64,000 nucleotides of DNA from Bilabrum cf. latius (Eukaryota), in contig OZ237752.1 in the NCBI GenBank assembly GCA_965178125.1, forward strand, positions 558,001 to 622,000, in the 5' to 3' direction. The number at the start of each line of letters is the position of its first letter. Position 1 is the stretch's first letter. Positions 25,262-38,000 of the stretch are shown here, piece after piece. The translations under genes and the position numbers were made by a program. The notes beneath the pieces were generated by a model, which was not told the origin of the DNA, searched no databases, and was given only the letters and a program-made list of their open reading frames with translations.

Positions 25262-25728
25262 GGCACATATTTGAACGCATCCATAGATAACGAGGTCCGC
25301 AACGGGCAGGCGGCGAATGCGTCACCGAGGAGAGACCTTAGCAAGGAGGAGAGGCGCGCCCTTATCATCGACACCAAGGTGCCCCACGGTAAACAGTCCG
25401 TGTTAACGCTCGGGGTGCTGCTCCATGAGCTGGCCAGTGGGGTATCCACCCCCTGGGAAGGTACGAGAGCCCAGTGGGGAGCACGATGGCCACGCCAGTG
25501 CCTCGGGATGATGACAGCAGCATCGCGCTGGCCTGGGACGGAGTAGCCGCTGGTGGGGCCGCCCCAGGGGCCGGCAGCTCTGCAGCTGCCTCAGAGGGTG
25601 GGGATAGTGGCTACCCGGCCTGGTTCCAGGGGCTAGTGCGGAGCATGCTGCGGTGGGATCCTGCCTCTCGACCTAGCCTGTACGAGGCCAGGAGGTGCCT
25701 TTGGAGAGAGGAGTGCTTCCTTGGCTGA
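25262..25728 (+). pseudogene. Ser/Thr protein kinase C-lobe remnant with frameshift
   Basis: KQSVLTLGVLLHELASG (subdomain IX-like), then after a frame change near 25440, HPLGRY...YPAWFQGLVRSMLRWDPASRPSLYEA (subdomain XI). No N-lobe, HRD or DFG upstream. Confidence 0.65.
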
Positions 25729-26011
25729 GATTTGAGTTGGTGAAATGTTTGCGCAGTTGTCACCTGGAAAAATTAAAGAGCGCAACGACGCTTGCGCTGT
25801 CGTCATGGCTGTCGACGACAGCCTGTCGTGCTGATTTTCAAAATCTGAATTTAGTTTCTACACGCAACAACATTATTTGTGCTCGGTTCAGCGAATTTAA
25901 CAGCTTCAGCTGTGCGCTGGCTTCATCTAAACGTGTTGAGGACCCCGTTTGAACCACACGCGCATTCTAGTAAGTAATAGAATTTATTGATTCATGGTTT
26001 GCAGGCTTACC

Positions 26012-29000
26012 ATGAAGATGCACCCGTTGTGCAATAGCTTGGCCCGGCTTGCTTTGCTGTGGGTGTGGGTTTCAACAGCGATGGTTGCGGCGCAATCTGT
26101 ACCAGAACCTCCAGGTACAATATTCAACCAAGTTTTAGACATTAAAGACGCTTCTTCGTCGTCTTCTAGCCCCGACGAATTGCCTGGGGCAGCAGTTGTA
26201 CGGCTTGGAAATCTCGATTCCGTCGGATTCCACGACATTGCGTCTGGGATCCCCAATGGAATGGGATAGCTTGGCGTTAGGTCAGGATATGTGCACATAC
26301 ACAAGGTGTCGTCGTCCGATGTGCAGACTGTGGTGCTTTTCCCGCCGTCAGCGCTGTCCGAGGACGGCATGCAGTTCGGGGCCAGTTTAGCAAGTCTGGG
26401 TGATCCGGACATGGATGGAAGCCTTAACCTGGTCGTTGGCGCACCTGGATCTGCATACAACTTGCCATCTGGAAGTACCGGTGCCGGAATCGTTGTGTTC
26501 TGCGAAGTTGATGCCACCGGTTCAGTACTCTCCTCTGCTAGGATTAGCATCGGCGATGTTGCAACGGATCTCGCTGCAGCCGGCAAGGACAATTTCGGGG
26601 CTACAGTTGATACAATACCATGGTCGAGCAATGGGCCCGAGGAACGCACCATCGCGATCGGAGCGCCGGGGCAGAATGCTGGGACAGGAGCCATCTTCGT
26701 GGCACAGCTGGATGCATCCGGCACAGTACTCACTTCCACTACTTTAAGGGCTGCTTCTGCTTCTAACATCGATCTAGATGCCGCTACTGGCGTCGCATCA
26801 TTTTCTACCTCAAACTTTGGCTCAGCCGTGGCCGGCATGGGAGAGATCACTCGAGCCAGAGGCCGCACCTCCATCGCGGTCGGCATACCTGAGGCTCAGA
26901 ATGGAGTAGGCGCAGTGGCAATCATCCACCTGAGCAACAGCCTAGCGGCGGTATCAACCGATGTGATATACGATGGAGCCTCCGGCCTGGCTGCGGACAC
27001 GCTTCCAGATGCGGCTGCATTCGGCACTTCCCTTGCATCGGTGGGTGACGTGAGTGGGGACGGCTCGGAGGACCTCGCCGTGGGAGCTTCCGGTGCGTAT
27101 GAAGGATCCGGGGCCATCTGGATCGTGTTCCTTACAGGCGATTGGGATACTGCGGGCGATGATCGAGTCGTTGGCTGGCAGGAGCTGAGCCAGGTCAAGG
27201 GTGGAGGGGCAGGCCTCACGAACCTGCTGACGGCCGGTGCAGGGTTCGGCACCGCGCTGGCTGGCACAGGAGACTATGAGAACAACGGAAGGATGGGACT
27301 CCTGGTGGGTATGCCCGAGTACGAAGACAGCCATCTCACTAGGCTGTCGCTATGGACTGGCGCGCTCGATGCTCTTGGCTACGACAGCGTCGCATCCGAG
27401 TCGAGGGGTGACTAGTACGTGGCAGGGTAGCCGTATGCCCTTGGCCTCACGGGAGGCTACGGACATGCCATCGAGCTTATCGGTGACGTTGATGGAGACG
27501 GTAACACGGATGTTGCGGTGGGTGCCCCCGAGTACAAGGTTTTCGGCGTCGAGCGGGGCAGCGTGATCATCCTGCTCATGGACGGGCTGTCTGCGACCAG
27601 GGTCGCGGTGCACTCCCCCGCTAATTCTAACGGGGATCTTGCCTCAATGACAAATGCGTATCGCTTTGGATGTGGAATAGCCTCACTTGGTGATGTCAGT
27701 GCGCCTTCCGACGGCATTCCGGACATTGCAGTGAGTGCGTCACTGGAAGACGTGCAAGGCCTGCAAGACGCCGGGGCAGTGTACGTATTGGAGCTGGGCT
27801 CCGATGCAGACGTGCTTGAGTGGCACCCTATCCACGCCATTACAACCGGCTTTGCACAAGGATTCTTTGCAGCCAACGACCAGTTTGGGTACAGCCTGAC
27901 TTCCTGCGATGTGGACGGCGACGGCACCATGGAGCTCGTAGCCGGGGCTCCGAGAATCGCCGATGGCTCCAAGGGCAGCCTGATTGTAGTGTTCCTCTCT
28001 GGAGCAGATCAGGTCTAGTCGGCTTTGCGCATAGAAGATGGTAAGGCGGGCATGAGTGAAGATCTGGCTGCCGACGGTCGCTTCGGATGGGCAGTGGCCA
28101 CAGTCACGGAGTCTCCCGCCACCATCGCTGTGTCGGAACCATACAAGATCGTAAATGGAATACAGACAGGAAGCGTGCGACTGCTCGACTTGGATCAAGA
28201 TGGCAAAGTGACATCCTAGGTGGTGCTCGAACCGGGCACCTCCGGCATTCCGTCTTTCCTCCTTCACGAGATGGCTCTATTCGGGGACCAAGTTGCTGGC
28301 ATCGGCGACGTGTCCGGTGATGGGATCAGAGATCTGCTCGTGGGAGCCTCTGGACTGGATCAAGGTAGAGGCAAGTCCACTGGAGGGATCTTCCTGTTGG
28401 AGCTGACCTCGAGTAACACGGTAGGCTTCGTCAGGGTGCTGCATGCCATGAGCCCGAGCAACTTCCAGTCGTACAGCCCAACAGGTTCGGAGATCGGTAA
28501 AGGCATAGCAGGGCTTGGCGACTTGGATGGCGATGGCAACACTGACATGGCACTGGGTAGGATCAACAGCATCAATGGTGCTGGCAGCGCCGTGTTTCTG
28601 TCTGGTATCGAGTCTTACGCTGGAAGGCTGGCCAGCTCAACAGCAACAGTGAACGGCAAGTAGGGCATGTCTTCGTCCTTTTTGGGAGAGGGGAGTCAAC
28701 TCGGTAGCTGCGTGGCCACCTTAGGCGACCTAGATGGTGACGGTGACGAAGAATTGATGATAGGAGCGGCAGGCTACGCATCCTCCGCCAAGAGATACGG
28801 TGCGGTGGTAGTAATGCGCATGCCTGGGAACAGCCCTGGGACCCCCTAGTACACGTTGATCACGAATGCCAAAGGCGGGCTACAGACAACTCTGAGGGAG
28901 GACTCTCAGTTTGGCGCCGGTTGCGATGGAATAGGTGACCTGAACAACGACGGTGTTCCTGATGCAGTTGTGACTGCGACCAATATGTTGTCCCTGCGCG

Positions 29001-32000
29001 GGTCCATCTTCACGCTGTTCTTGAACAATGATGGTACCGTCAAAAATGAACTTGAGATACACGAAGGCAGTCACCCGGCCTTGAATGACTTGGGGGTATC
29101 CCAAGGCGAGCTTTTTGGGGCTTTCATTTCCTCCGGGCCATCGTGGAGCCACATTGGAGCAGTCGAGTACCTGGTCGGGGCTCCAGCGAAAAGCTAGCAG
29201 GACGGGGCGGTCATTTTGATTGATATTTCAAGCCAGGCCGGCCCCATTACCTCATTCACTTGGGAAGCATCGGATTTGAGCCTCACGTCGTTGATTGGCT
29301 CGGGGGCACGGCTGGGCTAGGGCGGGATGCTCGTTAAGGACTTGAACGGCAAGGGTGGGGACGATGCTGTGCTTGGGGCACCAAAGGCCACCCACTCTTC
29401 CGACGGCGAAATAGGAGCTATCATCGTTCTGTTTCGTAGCCAATCCGGCGGAGTTGATAGCTTGCAGCTCATTTGGCCTACATAGATCAATCCTCCATCC
29501 ACGACCACGTGGTCCAACTCCCTGTTTGGCTAGTACATGGCCCTACTATCTGATCTGGACCAGCTTGGCCAGGCTGAGATTGCCGTTGCTGCTCCTGGAC
29601 TTGAATCCATCTACATACTGTTCATGCAGCAGGATACTATGGGTATCAAGGTGGACAAGAGCACTTTGATCGAATCCAGCGACCAGGCCATAGATCTTGC
29701 GTCGGACAGCATCAGCTATTTCGGTGAGATGGCGTACATGAAGGACAGCAATAGTGATAGTCAACCCCAGCTTGCAGTTGGAGCGCCTAATGCGGATGAT
29801 GAGAGTGGCGTTACGACAGGCGCGCTGTTCGTACTCGACTTGGAGCCACGCGCTGCTCAGGCATCACCTCTCCCGAGCCCATCCCCTTCACCGTCGCCAG
29901 TCGCTGCTGGTGGCGTGGTCCGGTCAGCTGCGATCCTGGACGGTCAAAATGGGCTTCCCTCTGGAGTGAATGCGGGCTGGGCTAGCTTTGGAGTGGGTGT
30001 GGCGAGCCTTGGAGACCTCGATAATGACGGGATCTCTGATATAGCTGTTGGTGCGCCTGGTACAAAAATGGGTCTTATTAACAATTTGGGTACTGTGTTT
30101 GTACTGTATCTGCGACGGGATGGGACTGTGAAGAGTCACGTCGAGATCGGGGCGGGTCAGAACTCCGACGGGTTTGACTTCGGGCCTAGCGAACTGGGGG
30201 ACGGCTATTTTGGTTTGAATCTTGTGGCCATGAGGCAGCCAGCTGGAAATGAGGGGTAGTTGCTTCGGTTGATAGTCGGACAGCCATTCTTTGATAGTGT
30301 CTCGATCAATGCTGGCAGTATCTGGGTGCTGCGACTGTTGCCCAACGCGACGGTGGCGCATCACCAGCAGATCGGCGAGGGAAAGGGCGGCTTGCCATCC
30401 TCGCTGTTTGAGCCCGCGACTGCTTTTGGCGAGGGGCTAGCTGTATTGGGAGATGTGGATGGGGATACACTGAATGATCTTGCTGTTGGGATGCATCTCG
30501 ACGATATAGGTGACGGTGTGGCTGGACTTAACTCTGGCAGCGTGCATGTTTTGCTGATGGCTGCAAACGATACCGTAAAGACTCACACGCGAATCAGCCG
30601 CGCTGCCGGCGAGGGATTGTCGGGTCTTTCTACATCACATACGTTTTTGGGACAGGCTATTGCCGCCCTGTGGCCTGCTGAAACCAGTTCAGGCCCGGTA
30701 GATCTGGCCATCGCTCTGCCGAAGTCAGACATGATAGTACTGCTGCCGCTGAACAGCGCTGGGAAAGCTGGCGGCAACTGGACTGTCATAGCAGATGGAC
30801 GTGGAGGCGTGCCAGCAGGCACAATTGAGGTCGAATCCAGGTTTGGGTTCCGCATGGCTAGCATTGGGGACATCGATGGCGACGGGTAGGAGGACTTGGC
30901 TGTGGGCGCCAACTACGACAGCTCTGATGGATACCAGCGCGGGTCCTTGTTTCTACTCTTGTTGGACCGCCGGACTGCCACGCTCGAGCCAGTTGTCCGA
31001 ATCAGTCGACTCGGAAGCACCACTACCGGCTTAGGGACGGGAGTCGTGACGTCTAACATGAGGTTCGGGTCTGGTATCGCTAGCGTGGGTGACTTGGATG
31101 GAGACGGCACAACGGACCTGGTGGTCGGCGGTATGTCTGGGGGGGTGCAGTTCGCCGGTGCAGTGGTGGTCATGTTTATGGGGGGCGTGCCGCCGTCTGC
31201 CAGCCCAACCCCGAGCATCACACCATCCAGTTCTCCTAGCTAGACACCAAGCCCGAGCGCAACCCCAAGCCCCACTCCCTCTTCCGGTTGGGAGTACACC
31301 ATCCGGGGCCAGTATGGCCTGTACATGTCAAATGTGGTCGAGACTTCAGAAGACTCCGACGTCTTGTCCACTGTGCCAGGGGTGGCTTCAAGCACGATAA
31401 ACAACGACTTTGGAGACAGCATCACTGTGATCGGTGACATAGACTCGAATGGAGTGCCAGACTTGGCGGTCGGTGCCCCTACCCACGAAAACTCCGGCTA
31501 GATACACGTCCTGCTCATAGACACGGACGGGCTATGCAGCAAGGTTCATACAATAAGCAAGACTTCCGGCGATATGTAGGCAGACGATATAAAGAAACCT
31601 GGATTTGGCCGCTATCTTGCAGCGCCAGGCGACGTGGACCAAGATGGCATTCCTGATCTGTTCACCGGCACTGCGGGGACGTCCACCGGTAGTAACGGAC
31701 ACAAGGGGCACGGTTTTGTGATGCTTCTCGAAAGCGATGGCAGCGTCAAGGATTATCTTGTGGTAGATGCCGCTGCGCTTGGCATCTCTCGCTTCCTCGC
31801 ATATCTCGGCAATGGAGTTGCCACTCTGCGACAAGCGGGTCAAACCTCGCGCCGTCTGCAGCTCGCCAACACCGACCCCAGTCAAGGGGGGGGATGGAGT
31901 ACTCGTCTTGTTATTCGAGACTACCAGAATTCATTCACTGCTTTCACGGTGGACGAGCAGCTGGCTATCAGCGACGTCGTCGAGATTGGATACGACTCTG

Positions 32001-35000
32001 TTGGGCAGAGCACAGGCTCTGATAACCGTGATGGCTTTGGTGCGGAGATGGCAGGAGCAGATGATATCAATGGCGATGGTCACAACGATCTGTTTGTGCT
32101 ATCCCCATTTTTTGATTCCAACCGTGGGGCAATTTTCGTGCTGTTCTTCGGGTCGGACGGAACAGTAGGCGCCTTCAGTGAGATATCAACCGCTTCTGGG
32201 GCCTTGCAATATTTGTCTGGCTTGGAAGAAAACGACTTGGCGTATACTTCATTAGCGGCATCTGATGTTGATGGTGATGGCAGGCATGATATTGTACTGG
32301 GCGTGCGTCGACAGTCGGCAATCGGGCTGCTCTTCCTGGGCGCGGACGGCATGCCAGAACAGGGCAGGTTGATTGTAGCTCCAGACAGAGGATTCATCCA
32401 GCAGCAAACACTATTCGGCAGCGCAGTGGCTCCACTAGGCGACTTCAACGGGGACTCAATCCCAGACTTCGCGGTCACAGATGTCGATGAGAAGCAGCTA
32501 TGGATCGTGCTGAGCGAGCCATACGCTTTGCCGTCAGCTTCGCCTTCGCCCTCTTCGGCACCATACCCTGAACCTTCGCTTTTTCGGCCAAAGCTGGCCC
32601 TTGATCCAGTGACTGGGCGTATTGACTACTGCTTTCAAGAAATCACCCTTAAGATGGTGCCAGCCTCTACATTCGCCAGTAGGCTGCAACTTGGGACTGC
32701 AACTATGCGTCTGACAGCTAGTGTTCGATTGGACGGTTCACCGATAACGTTGCTAGAGAGGCGTAACCATCTCGAGATGGATCGTGCTTCAGCTACGTTC
32801 AGTAGCATGCTGTCAATGGGCTGGAATGGCACGAGAGACACAATGATGCAGTAGGTTTCGCTTGGCTCTGCGTGGCAGACTGACATCGTGCTCAAGCCTG
32901 CCCCAGCTTCACTTGTGGCTGATGGGACCAGTTAGGCCACATTGCGACAAGGCACCCAGGGCACGGTTGCGGCCGACTACTCTGATTTCCCATTGCCGAT
33001 GCCAAGGCCGGGTCAGATGGCCACGCTGACCATTGAAGCGCGGATGTACCTGCAACCGAGAGAGAACGACTCTTTGGTGGAGTCAGAGGCATCAATCCTG
33101 TCCATCAAGCTGGTGGGAGGACAGATACCGCGACTCGTGGAGAGTGGGGTGTCAAGAGGTGTTTTCGTTGATCAAGCTGTCAGAAATGTTGACTACGAGC
33201 TGGTTGGGGCACGAGGCTCTCGAGGCGTGGCGTGTAGCCAGCCTCTGGCAGAGGCGATTGAGTTCGATGGTGAAGACACCCGAGTGGTGCATCGGCCTGC
33301 CACTGCCCTGCAGTGGATCTTCTTGGGATCAAGTCCGGCTGCTGGCATATCCAGGCATGGTGCCACTTCGGGCCCCACTCCGGGGCATCCATGGTATCGG
33401 CAAACGCAGCATGCGGGAAGTGACTTCCTCATCGGGCTGAGAAAAGCTATGTCCACGTATTCTGCCTCCTTCAAACCATCGAATGTTGAAGATGTTCCTA
33501 AGTCACTCGAACAAGGCTCCTTTAGAGAGCAGGATACTGCCGACTATAGTGCATTTGACTTCAGTGCTATTGACGCAAGCCAGCTATCTATGGAAAACGT
33601 CCTGCATGACATCGACGGTGAGAAATGGTTCCGAGACCAGTCCGTACCCATGGATCCCAGCCAGGGCTGCAGCAGCAGCGACCCCCTCAACTCTCTAGCA
33701 TCACGTCTGTCGGCGAGCTTGCCGGCCGACACTCGGCAGGCTGGGATATTCGGCTGCGTGATCAGCCAGCCGGAGACTACTTCGGCTCTGACTAGCGCTG
33801 GCAACTGGAGCTTGCTGCTGCCTGCCAACTCACTCAGGGCAGGCGTGGCATACAACTTCCTCCTTCGTGCAGTTCCAGTTGTGCGACATGTGCGGCAAGT
33901 CAAAGTCGGCGGCACATACGAAGACCAGACAGAGCAAATCATGCCGGTGGCTCAAGCCGTGCAGGATGCATTGACAGCATGGGAGGCGAGGACCGTTGTA
34001 ATCAATGTGAATGTGCCAACCCTCAGCATGCCGATTCAGGGTGCTCTAGCCTCTGGGGGGCCAACGCCAGTGCCACATGACCAGCCCTTGCGGGTCGCAA
34101 TCAAGTACCCAGGCTCCGTGGATCCTGACTACACTCCGGCAGGTTTGGAATCGAGCATGCAAGCTGGTAAACGAGCAAATGATCTGGGCTTTGGGGAGGA
34201 CTTGAAGCTTTCACAAACGTTCCAGTGGACATGTCAAGTACGAACTGCATTAGGTGGGCCTCCGGAGCCGCCTGTAGAATCTGACTGCAGCCGACTCATG
34301 CCGGGAGCTGGTAGCCTTGGACCATACCGCAGCACTATAATTTCAGGGTAGGCAATCCAAGAGCTCACCGGATATGTCCTCACAGTGCAAGTGGCAGGGA
34401 CTAGTAGGGTCACCTCATCCGATGAGCAGGTGCACTCGGAACGGTCGGGAACTAGGGCTATCCAGTACCTCGTGAGGCCGCCTGACCTGCCTGTTGTCGA
34501 GGCCAACGTGACGCAGTCGTCACTCAATCGACAACGGCCGGATGGTTCTATCGCAGTGAGTCCGCAGCGCAGGCTGGTGCTTGAGCTCGTCTTGGACGGG
34601 GTGCGAGCGTCGCTCATGTACCAGAGTGAGCTAGCCACTACTATGGGTGGGCTCGGGTTAGAATGGGCCCAGGTGTCAGGACAAGCCATCACTGGCCTTC
34701 GTTCTATCAATGACGTGGAGGCAAACCCAGGCATTGGCTTCTCAACGCCCTCTGGTGATGTTCTGGTCTCCCCGGTTGGTAGCAGGCAGCTGGCCATTCG
34801 ACAAGGTGCTCTCGCTGCAGGGCAATCATACCAGTTCGCAGCAGTCGTGTTCTTGCGCGATACGCCTAGAGTGCAGCAAAAAGGCACCGTTCGTGTCTTC
34901 GGCAACATGCCACCCGTCAATGGATCGGTTGCAGCCCGGACTATATCGGGGCAAGGAAATATCAAGGCGGTGCTAAGCCTGACGAATATCTCCACCAGCG

Positions 35001-38000
35001 GATGGGAGGAATCAGCTCCTGACAACCCCTACCAGTACGCCTTCTACGTTGACATCAATGGTCAACTGCCAGTAGGGCCGCTCAGCCAAATTGCTGCGAA
35101 CCCTGACGACGTGATCGCCAACTACTCATGCTCACCGCTGCGTGGTTACGCGCCCAGCCCATTTGCATCTGTGTACCTTCCTGAGGGAAGTTCCCCAACT
35201 GAAGTCACCCCCATGTCGTTAGCAGTTCTTGTGCGGGATAGTGCTGGATCCATCGGTGGAGTGGCAAGTTTAATATAGGTACACCCGGCCCTTGACTCCG
35301 GTACGACGGATGAATAGGCCAGCCAACTGCTCAATGAGCAGCTGCAGCGCCTTGAGTCGTCAACGGCCAGCCCGGAGGAAATCTTGGGAGGACTGGCAGG
35401 CCTGGGACAGATAACAGGTCGTGTCAAAGCAAATAATACCACAAGAGTCTCGCTTGGAGACGAAATTCTAGGCCAAGTGGAGCGGGTTTCCACACTTGCT
35501 GCACCAAGCGATACAGTACTCGGATTCGTGGCTGCTTCAGCCAGCGGAGTGCTTGGTGGTAACGGCACAGCGACCGATGCTCAGATTGGTAGCACTCTAA
35601 GTACTGTTGGAAGCTTGCTGGCCAGGCGATCAATGCAGGATTTAAATGAGACGGAGCCGGTGAGTTCGCAGACAACTACTAACGTGCTGGAGGTGCTGGG
35701 CACGGCGGGCTTGTAGCAGCAGAGAATGGGCAACTCTTCCAAAATGGCCCCTGTCTCTTCATCAATCTCGGAAAGCGCAGGTCTACTCGGACGGGCCATG
35801 CTGCTTGGTGCAGTGCCGGGCGAACGGCCGATTCGGGCGCGAAGCAATGCCGGTGGCCTCGATCTGACGGCCGCTCGCATGCCAGATGTGTCGCAGAAAG
35901 CCGGGGCATGCCAATCTGGTGGGGCAGTATTCCTTGGTGCAGTGTCGGGTGAGCTTGCCTCTGAAAATGATACTGCCGCCGCCATGGCGTTGGAAGCAGC
36001 ACGGGCACAGATCGAAGGCGATGGTACTCACATCTAGACAATGAACAGATCAACTGACGAGCCAGTGTCGAGTGGTGGTCTGGTCCTCGCCACCACAGAC
36101 TGCGGGGCTGTAGCTGCGATGGGAGCGATTGACGCCAGCTTCATGAGCTTTGGCAACCTGGTTCCATACCCGAACAATAACGACAGCATTCCGATCTCTT
36201 CATCCATCGGCGGCGGTAACCGTTCAGTTGTTTCCGCTTCACTTGGAACCCCGGTCGCGGTGCGCGTCGCCTCTGCTGCTGGAGATGAGGCGGGAGGAAG
36301 CGGGGCTTTGATGCTGAATGTGGAGCTTCCAGTCGTGCTTAGTGCAGACAGCGCAATGGGTACCGGCTCCATCGCTTTGGAGGCAGACGGATAGCAAGTG
36401 GGGTCTGCCGATACCGACAGCAGCCTGCTGGTTGGCAGCTGCTTGACGTGGGATCCCATTGACCTGAAGTGGACTGAGGACGGTTGCCGTGCAGCTGGGA
36501 TCAGCGCTGCAGGTGGGCTTATATGCGAATGTGAAGGGTCCAATGACTTTGCCTCCCGGCTTGAGCTGCTTGCCAAGCGCAATCTCCAGATACTCACCCA
36601 GGGGCTTTCGGGGCTGACCTTGGACGACGTGCTTGAGAACCCGCTTCTCTTCGTTGTGGTTGGGGCCATGCTTCTGTTCAGCATTGTGTGCCTACCGTAT
36701 GTGCATTGCCTCGATCTCAAAGACGAGACCGTGTTCGCTGGTCGGCTTGCCCGGGACCCGGACGTGCAGCTGGCCATCGGTCTGGAGGCGATCGAGTTGG
36801 TCGGAGTACGACTTGGCAAAGTGATGGACCAGCTTGAAAACGAACCCAGGACGGGTGGAACAGTGGGTTGCACTTTGACTGCCGAGGAGGTTGACCGCGC
36901 CACTGATGCTGCCGCTGAATCGCTGCACGTGCTGCGGCAGGGAATTCTCGACTGCACCAGTTTCAGTAGGAAGGATTTCGATCGGAGCGCAGAAAGCACG
37001 ATGGGCTTCAAGAACGATGCTTTTGCTAGGCTAGGTCTCATGCTCAAGCAATAGAGACAGGAAGACTCGAGCTTCTCTGGTGCTGGATCCGCTAACAGTA
37101 CTGACTGGACAGCAACACGACTCGGTGACTTGCCAGGCCGAACTCGCTCAGAGCTTGGTGTGGAAGGCCGGTCGTGGCTAGCCACGTTCGGGTAGCACCT
37201 TGTCAGTGAACGCGGTAGTCCTGCAAGTGAAAATCCGCACATTGGCAAAATACGGAACAGAGCAGTCGAGTCGAAGCCACTCCGGCAGGGCCGGCAAGAT
37301 GCCGCAAGTCATATGTCGCGATGTCCGTGTTGTTCACTGGGTCCGTCTACAGCCTTCAAAGCCGTTGCTAGGGCATTCAACAAATCATTTTAGTCAATAT
37401 CGAGGGATCGACCGGCCAGTACGAAGCGGGATCGAGGCAAGATTGGCAAAACAGGCACAAAGAGATCAACAAGCGATGCCTCAAGGGCGCGTTAGATTGC
37501 TAGAGATGAGGCACTTGAACAACAGCTGGATACTGAACTCCGCGAATTGTCCAGCGATAGCAGCTGCGCAAGACTGTGGCACATGCGTCGAGAGATATGC
37601 CAGCTGTGGTGGGTCCGGACAGTGTATGAGCATTTGTGGTGTAGCGTCTGGTCGCGGTTCAAGTACGATTTGGCTCGATTTGTCAGGTTGGGGCAGCTGA
37701 CAGGCTCCATGGCAATAAGCATGCTAGTGACAGCTGTGTTCTTCTCTCTCACAGGCGTGAACAATGGGCCAACCTAGCCGCCCGACATGCCAAGTGGAGC
37801 TGCACCCCTAGATGGTACCGACACCGGCGGGGCTTTTCCACAGCCTGCCAATGCTACGTTCGTGGACACTACCGAGCCGATGACGCAGGTTCAATCCATC
37901 GGTATATCAGTGTTGGCATCGGTGCTTTAGATCCCATTCACGGTTTTGCTGACAATGCTCATGAGCTGTGCTAGCGAAGCGAGGTACAAGAGCAAGTTCT

